A DNA stretch of 20,000 bases from an uncultured virus (IMG/VR IMGVR_UViG_3300038335_000131) (IMGVR_UViG_3300038335_000131:52319-72318), one strand, 5' to 3'. Shown: positions 1 through 8,199, counted from the first letter of the stretch. The notes: generated by a model not told the origin, from the letters alone. Program-made: numbers and translations.

Positions 1-546
1 TACCTGCGTTTCATCCAGAGCGCCTTCGACATGTTTGTCTTCGTTCACCACTCTGCCCATGACGACGACCACGGGCGCTTTGGCGACGAAGACCTTGAAA
101 CCTTCCAGATCATCCTTGGCATACTTATCGGCCCAGTCTTTCTGCGCCGGTGTGATCTTGCCTTCCTTCATGGCCAGGGCCACGACTTCGGTTGCGTCCT
201 TCAGCGTCAGTTTGTCCTTGAGATCTTTTACGGTCTGAGCTAACCCGCCGACCTGATCGTGCGATTGCTTCATCGCCATGATGGTGCCGGTGACTTCGGC
301 CTCGGTTGCCGTCTCCGGCAAGCCCAGCGCCGTCAGGACAGCTTTGTTCGCCACAACAACGACGCTACCGCTCTTGAGTTTATTCACCATCGCGATTACT
401 TCGGCTTCAGTCGCCGTCTCCGGCAAGCCCAGCACTGCAAAGACGCCCTTATTGGCCACAATGCCTATAAGTTTGTTTACTGCCGCGATGACGTCGGCTT
501 CGGTTGCCGTCTCGGCCAGGCCGAGAAGTTTCAACAATGCTTTCAT
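1..546 (-). CDS. Putative scaffold protein (Mu gpZ-like) from an internal in-frame start within the I gene
   Basis: AAGGAGG (555-561) lies 8 nt upstream of the in-frame ATG at 546 (MKALLKLLGLAETATEA...). This mirrors the Mu I/Z arrangement. Confidence 0.7.
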   Translation of the reverse strand, partial: MKALLKLLGLAETATEADVIAAVNKLIGIVANKGVFAVLGLPETATEAEVIAMVNKLKSGSVVVVANKAVLTALGLPETATEAEVTGTIMAMKQSHDQVGGLAQTVKDLKDKLTLKDATEVVALAMKEGKITPAQKDWADKYAKDDLEGFKVFVAKAPVVVVMGRVVNEDKHVEGALDETQV

Positions 547-1023
547 CGTTACTTCCTCCTTATTTTCAAATTGGATTTGATATCCCGATTTATTCACGAG
601 CGGCACCATGCCGTCGATATTCGGTTGATTGGTGAGGGCCATATTGATTAGTTCGACGACCCTGTTGTCGGATATCCGTTTCAGAAAAACCGGCGACGTG
701 TATTTATATTCCTTGTTAGCCAGATATTGTTTGGCCCTATCCGTCCAGTTGACAACAGCCCATATTCCGTCTTTGCCCTTGTCGATCAGTTTGGTAATCC
801 ATCCGGCTGCCGGGGCCTCCGTTCCCTGAAGAGTCTGGTGCTCGTAATCAATGACCATTTGATTTTTTTTATTTTCAAAGGCGGCGATCACGATAGGAGC
901 GCTTTGTTCGTCCAGAGTGAATGGCCCTTTCGGTGTCTGGATTTCGACGCCGTAAGGAATCGCCTGAATTTCTTCCGGGACGCCTATTATTTCTTTGCAG
1001 ATTAATTGCAGTAGATGTTTCAT
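1..1023 (-). CDS. Mu-like prophage I protein (prohead protease/scaffold), 3'-truncated by the window edge; absent from the ORF track
   Basis: Manual translation from ATG 1023 (TAATG overlap with the upstream stop): MKHLLQLICKEIIGVPEEIQ...MVIDYEHQTL...PAAGWI...VNWTDRAKQYLANKEYKYTSPVF...ALTNQPNIDGM. These are the typical Mu gpI motifs, and the frame is open to base 1. Confidence 0.92.
   Translation of the reverse strand, partial: MKHLLQLICKEIIGVPEEIQAIPYGVEIQTPKGPFTLDEQSAPIVIAAFENKKNQMVIDYEHQTLQGTEAPAAGWITKLIDKGKDGIWAVVNWTDRAKQYLANKEYKYTSPVFLKRISDNRVVELINMALTNQPNIDGMVPLVNKSGYQIQFENKEEVTMKALLKLLGLAETATEADVIAAVNKLIGIVANKGVFAVLGLPETATEAEVIAMVNKLKSGSVVVVANKAVLTALGLPETATEAEVTGTIMAMKQSHDQVGGLAQTVKDLKDKLTLKDATEVVALAMKEGKITPAQKDWADKYAKDDLEGFKVFVAKAPVVVVMGRVVNEDKHVEGALDETQV
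294..528 (-). repeat. Three coding repeats LGL[AP]ETATEA[DE]V in the scaffold region
   Basis: Near-identical DNA copies (e.g. gccgtctccggcaagcccagc) at about 294-330, 398-433 and 491-528. Confidence 0.85.
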
Positions 1024-1487
1024 TACATATCCCCTTTTTGCTGTAGGTAGTTTCTCATGCCGTCGCGATAAAGAACGGCCCCATCGACTTGACCCGCCGC
1101 GATTCTCACCCAGGGACGACCTTTCATGCCCTTGACTGATCTGACCGGGTGCGATGCGCCGGGCCAGTAAAGCGCCTGTTTGCTTTTGGGCACGATCTTT
1201 GTTTTATGCGGGCCGTAAAGACCGGTGCCTTCGTGAACATAACCGGCATACGGCGCGGTGAAAGCCAGCGTGCCGCGTGTTCCGTCATCATTAACGCGGC
1301 TTGTGCGCGTACGCTTCATGTTGCTTGTTTTCTGCGGCGCGTCTTTGACCGAGATCGCTTCAACCGTGGTCAGCCAGTTGGTCATGCCCGCCCTTCGTGC
1401 GGGTTTCATGTCATCTCGAAGGTTTTTAAATAACCTTCCCGGATCTGGCTTTATGTTCATGTTTATTTCCATACGTTCACCATTCAC
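1023..1487 (-). CDS. HK97-gp10-like / Mu gpG-position virion morphogenesis protein
   Basis: Motifs APYAGYVHEGTG, KQALYW and VKGMKGRPWV, and position between F and I. The true start may be 1472 or 1460. Confidence 0.7.
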   Translation of the reverse strand: MNGERMEINMNIKPDPGRLFKNLRDDMKPARRAGMTNWLTTVEAISVKDAPQKTSNMKRTRTSRVNDDGTRGTLAFTAPYAGYVHEGTGLYGPHKTKIVPKSKQALYWPGASHPVRSVKGMKGRPWVRIAAGQVDGAVLYRDGMRNYLQQKGDM

Positions 1488-1494
1488 TTTTCAC
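1474..1494 (-). repeat. GTGAANN heptamer array (3 units) at the portal/next-gene junction
   Basis: Minus strand gtgaaaa gtgaatg gtgaacg. It contains the portal TGA (1491-1493) and the GTG at 1487. Confidence 0.75.
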
Positions 1495-3623
1495 GGTTTC
1501 ACGCGCTTAATCACGATTCCGTGACAATGCGGATGATACGGCGGCAATAAGCCCCTGGCCACGAGGGCCTCTGCATTGGCGACGGTCGGCGCAATTTTCT
1601 GGATGTCCTTCGTGTACTGATCAGGCGTCATGCCCGCCTGCTTGGTCATTGTGTTGTAGGCCGTGGCCACGCTGATGACTTTGCCGTTCATCGCCGCGCA
1701 GAAATCGCATTCCATTGTCGGCTCGTAAACTTCCAACTCGGTGATCCCGGCTTCGTGGAGCTGCGCCGTTGCCGCCCAGTTCTGTGCCCTGGTTACTGAC
1801 GTATCGATGATCCGGCTGACCTGAAAATCTTCCAGATCGGAAAGTTTCTGGCCGAAGAGATCCCGGAAGGCCTGATAGTTTTCCGGCAGGGCGCGTTTGA
1901 ATAATGCTTCGCCGTCCTGCAGGTAGCGCTCCGTCAAAAACGATTTGACGGTTTCGACCGCGTCCGGATTCTGCACCCACTTGGAAATATAAAAATTATC
2001 GACTTTGGACAGGAAGTTCATGGCGCGCAGATCCGGCCCGCCAAAATCGGTGATAGTTATATCGGCAAAGCGGAAATTCTTATAAATAATTTCGACGGCT
2101 TTTTTGATGACCGGCCTGTCCACTACGCTGAGGGCCGCGCCCAGGATGCTCTGTATGGAGGCGATGAATTCGGCCTGCGTGGGCGGCGTCTTCTGCTTTT
2201 GCAGATAGGATTCGATTTCGTCAAGAGCGCCGAAGCGGGCATTCTGCAGAGAAGGTTTGATGGCGGACATATAGGCGGCGACCCAGTCGGGCGTGCCTTC
2301 TTTGTTGACCATGATCTTATTGGCCTGGCTGATCGCGTCGGGCGCGGGATTAAAACCTTCACCCAGGGAAAAAGGCTGCGCGGCTTTTAGTGTTATTTCT
2401 CCCTTTTCCGGTACGGGTATGCCGAAGCGATCATGAATGTGGCTTGCGGGTATGCCCTCAAAACCAGCGTCCTTGACCAGCATGCCGTAGGTGCGGGCAA
2501 TCTTTTCGAGATCTTCGCCTTCTTCAAAATGCAGTTTGAATATCGGCACGCCTTTGCCTGGGCCGTAATTAAAAATGACCCAAGGTGCGAGCATCTTAAA
2601 TTTTATCGTCTTCTGTGCGGCTTTAGCGTCCGATTCTATGAGATCATGCCGCACGGCTTCCGATGCATTTTCTCCGCCCAGTTTGCCGGGTGTGCTTTCC
2701 GCGCTGCCGGTGTGGCCCAGCACGCCCTTGCTCATGGCCTTGTCGCAAAATTCTGCTAACCCTGAAAAAACACCGGTATCTCCCTTGCGTGCCGATTCTA
2801 CCAGTTCGATAATCGAATTATCCGAGATCACTGCGGCGGCATCGACGCCCAGGTTGAAGACGGCTTTTTTGAGCGCGTCCTTTTCGGGATCGCCAGCGCC
2901 GGGTTTGTATTTGCCCACGCGCATCGGAACGGCAAACAGTTCGTTAAATATGACCCAGTCCTTGATGTCGTAATTTTTAAACAGGTACATATAAGAGCAG
3001 GGCCGCAGTAATCCGCCGCGCGCCGTCGCTCCGGAGCGGGCCTTGTACTTGTGCAGGATGAATTTATTCGGCAGAAGATCTTCGCCCCATACAGGCGCTG
3101 CATCGGTGATCAGTTTAGGCATCTTTAACAAAGCGGCAGCAGAGTTGAAGGTGAAGCGCATCTGGTTGACCCATTCCGTCTCTTTAATCCATACTTGGCC
3201 TTCGGACATGTCCCACATGATTTCCTGAACGGAAAAGCCCTTACCGACGGCATCGAGCATGTCAAGAAGCATATCCTCAAAATTTTCCATGTACTCGATC
3301 ATCTGGATGGCGGCTTCGGCGATCTTCTTATCCTCGGCGGAATCGGATGCCGGGAGGATTTCCCACTCCAATCCGGTTATGGCCAGCTTTCTGGTTTGAA
3401 GAACGCCGCCGAGATGCAGGTCTTTTTCTTCCATTTCCATAAACAGTTCAGCCTGCCGCGTGATATCGCCCTGATCAGCCTCTTTGAAGATGGTCGCCAG
3501 GCGTTGCGGAGTCAGCCCCTGGGAGGGGTAAGAACCATACCGATCCCGGACGGTTTGAACCGCGACTTCTTCAAGAATCGGCTTATTTAATTTGATTTCT
3601 CGATTATATTGGTCGTACAGCAT
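1491..3623 (-). CDS. Portal protein (Mu gp29/DUF935-like) fused to a C-terminal Mu gpF/gp30-like head morphogenesis domain
   Basis: N-terminal motifs GLTPQRLATIFKEADQGD, MEEKDLHL, DMLDAVGKGFSVQEIMW and MSKGVLG. C-terminal motifs CDFCAAMNG and PPYHPHCHG. The gene follows the terminase. Confidence 0.88.
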   Translation of the reverse strand: MLYDQYNREIKLNKPILEEVAVQTVRDRYGSYPSQGLTPQRLATIFKEADQGDITRQAELFMEMEEKDLHLGGVLQTRKLAITGLEWEILPASDSAEDKKIAEAAIQMIEYMENFEDMLLDMLDAVGKGFSVQEIMWDMSEGQVWIKETEWVNQMRFTFNSAAALLKMPKLITDAAPVWGEDLLPNKFILHKYKARSGATARGGLLRPCSYMYLFKNYDIKDWVIFNELFAVPMRVGKYKPGAGDPEKDALKKAVFNLGVDAAAVISDNSIIELVESARKGDTGVFSGLAEFCDKAMSKGVLGHTGSAESTPGKLGGENASEAVRHDLIESDAKAAQKTIKFKMLAPWVIFNYGPGKGVPIFKLHFEEGEDLEKIARTYGMLVKDAGFEGIPASHIHDRFGIPVPEKGEITLKAAQPFSLGEGFNPAPDAISQANKIMVNKEGTPDWVAAYMSAIKPSLQNARFGALDEIESYLQKQKTPPTQAEFIASIQSILGAALSVVDRPVIKKAVEIIYKNFRFADITITDFGGPDLRAMNFLSKVDNFYISKWVQNPDAVETVKSFLTERYLQDGEALFKRALPENYQAFRDLFGQKLSDLEDFQVSRIIDTSVTRAQNWAATAQLHEAGITELEVYEPTMECDFCAAMNGKVISVATAYNTMTKQAGMTPDQYTKDIQKIAPTVANAEALVARGLLPPYHPHCHGIVIKRVKP

Positions 3624-3730
3624 GATTATTTAGCCCCTGCTTCGCGCGACGTTATGTTTATAAACAGTGTCAATGAAACTCCCGCCCCAATGGGAGGGCA
3701 AAACTGCTGTGGGGCATTTTTGCGGCCTCA

Positions 3731-5305
3731 TCAGAAAGCCCCCCTGCTAAAAAAACCGCTTTCATTTTTAGATTCGTCATCAATATCTCTTCCCGATGCC
3801 CACCTGTTGGCAACCGTCTCGTATTCTACCGGCCCGCCGTTCCATTCCTGCCTCGTTGCAAAGCAGGCCATTGCACCGGCAATACCGGAATCGCCGTGGC
3901 GCTTTTTATTGTCCTTGCCCTTCTGCCGGATCTCTGGAAGTTTGGCGACTCCCTTAATGACTTTAAAGGCCCGGTGATCTTCGATGACATCAGCGTCTCT
4001 GGCCATCGTTATTGTCTGATCCTCAAATGCCGCTTTATAGGCGGGCATGTTTTCGCGGTACCATGCCTCGGTGATCATGACCTGCGCAATGCGTCCTTCG
4101 CCGTAACGCTGCATGGCGCGTTCCGCCAGATACTGGCCGTTGCCCCTGGCATCGAGCGCGCCGAACTGAAAGCGCGGCAGGCGATCGCAGATGTAATAGA
4201 GGATCTGCTCCTGCTGTTGGAACGGCATATTGCGCAGTTCGAGCTGAAAGAGTTCGCGCCAGTTGGCCTTCTGGTTTTCCAGCCAGAATTTCATGACGGT
4301 CAAATCGCCGGTGCGGGCAAAGTCCTCGCCGAAGACGGCATTTTGTTTTGAATCGATGCCAACAAGAAGAGGCTTTAGAATTTCCTCGCACCAATCGCTT
4401 ACCTCGGCATGACGGATATGATCGGGAAGCGCGCCAAAGGATGTCTGCTGTTCATAGCGGATCACCTGTATGTCGGCGCTGAGGCATTTCTCGATGACGG
4501 CGCGAGTAAGGAAAACGCCGGTGCCCTGGCTCGGTATGCAGAAAAGTTCTTCATCCGCATCTTCGCCGTAGGAATCAATGATGCCCTGCCGCCATGTTAC
4601 CTCGGCCTCCGGCGACCATTGGCGTTTCAGAACTTCGCAGATACGTTTATAAAGTCCGTCTTGCAGGGCTTCATCAAACGTCACGCGATGGAGGCTGTAA
4701 GGTTTCTTGCCCGCCCGGATATCCTGGATAACGGAGTTGAATTCGTTGCTGTCGCCGAAGTGTGTGGAGATAACGCGAACCTGACCGCCCCACATAAGCA
4801 ATGCCATTGCCGCTTTCAGGAGGCCCGGCAGATCGTCATGGAAGGCCGCTTCGTCGATAACCACACGGCCCTGCTTGCCGCGCAGGTTTGTCGGCCTGCT
4901 GGAGAGAGCTGTAATGCGCCAGCCGGATTCAAAGGTGATTTTATAGGCAAGGATCTTCTGTTCTTTGACAATGCCCTGGTCATCTTCGTCCGGTTCTTCA
5001 TATTCATTAATGGATGATACAGCCATATTATAGGCGCGCGCCCAATTGGCGCAATCGTTGATAAATTCCAGCGCCATGTCTTTGGTGTAGCCGATGTACC
5101 AGACGTTGCGCTTTTCGCCGTTGCCTTTCTGTGATGCGTAAAGGGTATCGTCAGCGGCCTCGGCCCAGGAGATGCCGACACGCCGGGATTTTTCTATGAA
5201 CTTGACATCGGCCTGATCCGCCACCCATCGTTGCTGATAGGGCAGGAGGATGCCGGTTGAACTGCGCGCCTGATCAAATTCGTTTTGATTGTTTTCTTTA
5301 TCCAC
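3731..5305 (-). CDS. terL: Terminase large subunit (Mu gp28-like)
   Basis: LLPYQQRW, Walker A-like EKSRRVGISW, Walker B VVIDEAAFH, nuclease motifs GEDFARTGD and HGDSGIA. Confidence 0.95.
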   Translation of the reverse strand: MDKENNQNEFDQARSSTGILLPYQQRWVADQADVKFIEKSRRVGISWAEAADDTLYASQKGNGEKRNVWYIGYTKDMALEFINDCANWARAYNMAVSSINEYEEPDEDDQGIVKEQKILAYKITFESGWRITALSSRPTNLRGKQGRVVIDEAAFHDDLPGLLKAAMALLMWGGQVRVISTHFGDSNEFNSVIQDIRAGKKPYSLHRVTFDEALQDGLYKRICEVLKRQWSPEAEVTWRQGIIDSYGEDADEELFCIPSQGTGVFLTRAVIEKCLSADIQVIRYEQQTSFGALPDHIRHAEVSDWCEEILKPLLVGIDSKQNAVFGEDFARTGDLTVMKFWLENQKANWRELFQLELRNMPFQQQEQILYYICDRLPRFQFGALDARGNGQYLAERAMQRYGEGRIAQVMITEAWYRENMPAYKAAFEDQTITMARDADVIEDHRAFKVIKGVAKLPEIRQKGKDNKKRHGDSGIAGAMACFATRQEWNGGPVEYETVANRWASGRDIDDESKNESGFFSRGAF

Positions 5306-5306
5306 T

Positions 5307-5762
5307 TTAAACTATCCCCAAAATACGCCGCGAAATATCTCTTGCGTCAGCATCCGACATGCCGCCTTTCTTGACGGCTTTGGCTACTTCCGCCGCTGCC
5401 GCATTAACTTTATCTCTGAACAGGCCGTTGCTCTCGGCCTGTTTGAATTTAACGACTAACGATCCCAGCTTTGTGAGACTATCCATCAGAGCGCTGTCAA
5501 TCGCGCCGGGTTGTCTCTCTTCGGCGTGGGTCAACTCCCGTTCCAGGAGGGCTTCCATGCGTAGGCCGAAGTTTGCTTTGCGGGCGCGTGCCTTATCCCA
5601 TTCGTCGAGATCTTCACCCGGCTTTTTGGTCAGGCCTTTCCATGCGGATAGTGTCTGCCGGGATACGCCGAGTTCTGTTTCGATGGCGGAAAGGGATTTC
5701 CCGTCGATGAACATCTGCCGGGCAACGGGTTCAAGTTGTATCTTGATTCCTTTCTCAGCCAA
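5307..5762 (-). CDS. Putative terminase small subunit / Mu gp27-position HTH protein (DUF1804-like)
   Basis: N-terminal HTH (SLSAIETELGVSRQTLSAWK), WDKAR motif, C-terminal GMS...ILGI, directly upstream of terL. Confidence 0.7.
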   Translation of the reverse strand: MAEKGIKIQLEPVARQMFIDGKSLSAIETELGVSRQTLSAWKGLTKKPGEDLDEWDKARARKANFGLRMEALLERELTHAEERQPGAIDSALMDSLTKLGSLVVKFKQAESNGLFRDKVNAAAAEVAKAVKKGGMSDADARDISRRILGIV

Positions 5763-5763
5763 T

Positions 5764-6036
5764 TTAAAACCTCGTGAATAGTGAATAGTGAACGGTGAAA
5801 AAAATAATTATCAAAATCACCCATGCAGACACTGAAACAATTAACCGAGTGTTCCACTCAAAGTCATCCATCCAATCTAATAGAGCGTAAGCCTTGTCAC
5901 CTGCCCAATCCATTACCCAAAGCAGAGAATAAAAAAGGATTAACGGGAAAAAGACTAACGACAGAATCAATGATTTTAAAAGTTTAATGATTGCCTTTTT
6001 CTTTTTACTATTCACTTTTAACCCTTCACCATTCAC
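5764..6036 (-). CDS. Small AT-rich membrane protein (two hydrophobic segments); possible holin or moron
   Basis: Likely start is GTG 6036 (TAGTG overlap with the upstream stop, in frame with the track ORF). Basic N-terminus and two TM-like stretches. Confidence 0.55.
   Translation of the reverse strand: MNGEGLKVNSKKKKAIIKLLKSLILSLVFFPLILFYSLLWVMDWAGDKAYALLDWMDDFEWNTRLIVSVSAWVILIIIFFTVHYSLFTRF
5774..5801 (+). repeat. GTGAANN heptamer array (4 units), inverted relative to the other arrays
   Basis: gtgaata gtgaata gtgaacg gtgaaaa on the plus strand. Confidence 0.85.
6004..6036 (-). repeat. GTGAANN heptamer array (5 units, two degenerate)
   Basis: Plus-strand tttac/ttcac/ttaac/ttcac/ttcac at 6004, 6011, 6018, 6025 and 6032. 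Confidence 0.8.
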
Positions 6037-6281
6037 TAGCGAAGTTCCTCTTCCAGCCGCTTGATCTCCGCCTGTGCGGAAACCAGCTCCGCCCACTTTG
6101 ATTTCAGTTCATCAAACTGATTGTCCACGATATCGATCGGCAGATCTTCCGGACGCTTTAATGAACAATCAAGATTGATGCTGATTACCTGTGAGAGATT
6201 TTCAATCTCAATCCGTAATTGTTTTGCTTTATGCTCCAGATTCGTCAGTCTCACTTTGCGCATTGCGTTGAGTGTGCTCAT
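6036..6281 (-). CDS. Hypothetical coiled-coil protein
   Basis: Track ORF 6036..6314. The more likely start is ATG 6281 (MSTLNAMRK), just after the upstream stop. Confidence 0.7.
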   Translation of the reverse strand: MSTLNAMRKVRLTNLEHKAKQLRIEIENLSQVISINLDCSLKRPEDLPIDIVDNQFDELKSKWAELVSAQAEIKRLEEELR

Positions 6282-6285
6282 TAGA

Positions 6286-6627
6286 TCAACCTTCCACGGC
6301 TTCTTCGTCGACAAGCCGCATTGCTTTTTTCTTGCTGATTCTTATTACCGGGCAAAATTGATTTTGATTTATTGAGTCCTTACATTCGGTCATTGTCTGG
6401 ATGTTGAGAGTGACGATATCGCGCAGGTCATTCGTCACCGTGGCGAAGTCCTTGCATAAAGAGACATTGGATTTGTACATCTCGCGTTGCTCATTCATGT
6501 CCTTTTTGTATTGGTCAAGGACGGCCCACATCCGTTTGTTATCAGACCACCACAAAAAAATAACCAGGCCCACAGTCCCGAAATCGCCCAAAATTTTTAA
6601 AACGCTCATTATGCCCAGTTGATCCAC
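6286..6627 (-). CDS. Single-TM membrane protein with coiled-coil tail (holin-like or Mu gp25-position protein)
   Basis: Hydrophobic FGTVGLVIFLWW followed by a charged helical region. Position between the lysis genes and the terminase. Confidence 0.6.
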   Translation of the reverse strand: MDQLGIMSVLKILGDFGTVGLVIFLWWSDNKRMWAVLDQYKKDMNEQREMYKSNVSLCKDFATVTNDLRDIVTLNIQTMTECKDSINQNQFCPVIRISKKKAMRLVDEEAVEG

Positions 6628-6628
6628 G

Positions 6629-6859
6629 TCAGTCCCTCCGTTGTTCGTAATTTGTCTGACACCCTATGCACCGCTCCGCACCGGGTTTTGCTTTCAATCT
6701 TTTTTTCGGGATCGGCTCTCCGCAATCCTTACAATTCCTCTTTTTCACCTCGCCCTTGAGGGGAGAGGGTAAGGGAGAGTGTGATTTTTTAAAGTGCTCC
6801 TTCAGCGCGGTCTCCCGGAAAAGTGCGTCACGCTCCTGCGCCTGATCAAAGATGTCCAC
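6629..6859 (-). CDS. TraR/DksA-family C4 zinc-finger protein
   Basis: N-terminal DxxDxA (DIFDQA) and CKDCGEPIPKKRL...CIGCQ. Confidence 0.9.
   Translation of the reverse strand: MDIFDQAQERDALFRETALKEHFKKSHSPLPSPLKGEVKKRNCKDCGEPIPKKRLKAKPGAERCIGCQTNYEQRRD
6747..6784 (-). repeat. CCTC..GAGG REP-like palindrome inserted in frame in the TraR-like gene
   Basis: Minus strand tcacactctcccttaccctctcccctcaagggcgaggt encodes SHSPLPSPLKGE. Similar to the element at 12510-12544. Confidence 0.7.
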
Positions 6860-6866
6860 CCGCTTT

Positions 6867-7088
6867 TTACTCCTCCCGGTACGTCTGCTCGTAGCACTTC
6901 ACCGTCTTCTCCAGCTCCTTCGCGTAGATGACAGTGTTCGTGCTGTTTGCAACAAAATTTTTACCGCCCTTTTCCCATGTTGGCGGCAGCGGACTGCGGC
7001 AGAATGGCTTCACCAATACAGGTTCGGGGCAGCACGCTGTTATTAAAAAAAGCACCGAGACAATCGTTAATGCGATCCATCTTTTCAT
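6867..7088 (-). CDS. Outer-membrane spanin (Rz1-like lipoprotein)
   Basis: Signal peptide with lipobox-like ITAC, proline-rich segment, and overlap with the 3' end of the upstream TM/coiled-coil gene in another frame. Confidence 0.75.
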   Translation of the reverse strand: MKRWIALTIVSVLFLITACCPEPVLVKPFCRSPLPPTWEKGGKNFVANSTNTVIYAKELEKTVKCYEQTYREE

Positions 7089-7383
7089 TGTTGAATCCTT
7101 CCTTCTCTTTTTCGGTGAGGCTTGCCGCCAGATTACGCAGCGGCTCTGCCTGCTTTTGAATTGATTTCATTTCGATGTCCGCAACGCGGGCCGCCTGAGC
7201 GTTGCGGTTCATTGTTTTGTTGGCTGTTGTCAGCGTTTCGATTTGACCCTTCTGTTTTTCGATCTTTGCTTTTTTAAATTCGAGGTTGACACGCTGTGTG
7301 GCGATGATCAGTGCTGCGGAAACCGCCACGACTGCCAGCAAAATCCATACTTTGTATTTCCAGACAAATGATATGAATGCCAT
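6961..7383 (-). CDS. Inner-membrane spanin (Rz-like)
   Basis: N-terminal TM helix and long coiled coil, directly after the endolysin, with an overlapping lipoprotein gene. Confidence 0.75.
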   Translation of the reverse strand: MAFISFVWKYKVWILLAVVAVSAALIIATQRVNLEFKKAKIEKQKGQIETLTTANKTMNRNAQAARVADIEMKSIQKQAEPLRNLAASLTEKEKEGFNNEKMDRINDCLGAFFNNSVLPRTCIGEAILPQSAAANMGKGR

Positions 7384-7399
7384 GTTCTAAACTATCTCC

Positions 7400-8032
7400 T
7401 TAATCCACGCTCCGATTTATCCATGCGGAAAAAAATTGTCGCATCGCTGGCCGCCTCTGAATCAATGTAACGTAGAACTGCACACGCTTGATCCGTATCG
7501 AATTAAAGAACGCCACACGGCGTTCTCTTGCTTTTGTATAAGCATTTATCCAGGCTATTGTTTCAGGCGTGAATTTTGCGGGAATCGTCGGGATGGGATT
7601 GCCGGTCGCCCAGTATATTTCGATGAGAACCTTCGTGAGCAATCTCTCTGCCGCCGCGCCGCCCATGTTCACGGATTCGTCGCAGAGTTCATCGGCAATG
7701 CCCTGAGATTTTAATTTATCGAAATGAAATTTCAGCCAGTAGTCGCGCTCGTAGATCATGCGCGCCTGATCAGGTGTGAGATGTTTAATGATGAGTCCTT
7801 GCTTAAGCAGGCTTGTGCCGTATTGAGAAGCCGCTATGCCGTACTTTGTGCCCAGGAATCTGCCCTGGCCTTCTTTGCCGCCCGTCCAGTTGCCCGGATC
7901 GTGGATGTTATTGGAGTAGCCGCCCTCATGCGGGAGGATTGTGTTTTGCCACACCGGCAAAAAATCAGCCGCGAAAACCGGCTGAGCAATCAAAACGAAT
8001 ATGAATATAATTGTGGCGATGATTTTCCGCAT
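7400..8032 (-). CDS. Endolysin, glycoside hydrolase family 108, with N-terminal signal peptide
   Basis: HEGGYSNNIHDPGNWTGG...GTKYGI and IYERDYW motifs. GAGGTG SD precedes ATG 8032 (MRKIIATIIFIFVLIAQPVFA). Confidence 0.9.
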   Translation of the reverse strand: MRKIIATIIFIFVLIAQPVFAADFLPVWQNTILPHEGGYSNNIHDPGNWTGGKEGQGRFLGTKYGIAASQYGTSLLKQGLIIKHLTPDQARMIYERDYWLKFHFDKLKSQGIADELCDESVNMGGAAAERLLTKVLIEIYWATGNPIPTIPAKFTPETIAWINAYTKARERRVAFFNSIRIKRVQFYVTLIQRRPAMRQFFSAWINRSVD

Positions 8033-8074
8033 GTCTCGCACCTCGCTGGGTTCCTCCTCTATGCGCCTGCCGGT

Positions 8075-8104
8075 TGATCGGGCGGAATGGCGACCGCCCG
8101 ATCA
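8075..8104. promoter_or_regulatory. GC-rich hairpin in the leader of the lysis/late operon
   Basis: tgatcgggcgg-aatggcga-ccgcccgatca forms an 11-bp perfect stem with no U-tract. Confidence 0.5.
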
Positions 8105-8199
8105 GTTCCGGCAAGCTATAGCGAGGAGATGGTCATGTCTGGCTTACGACATTAAAGGATTGTTAAACGGCGGGCTACCAAAGCACTTGAGAAAATGGC

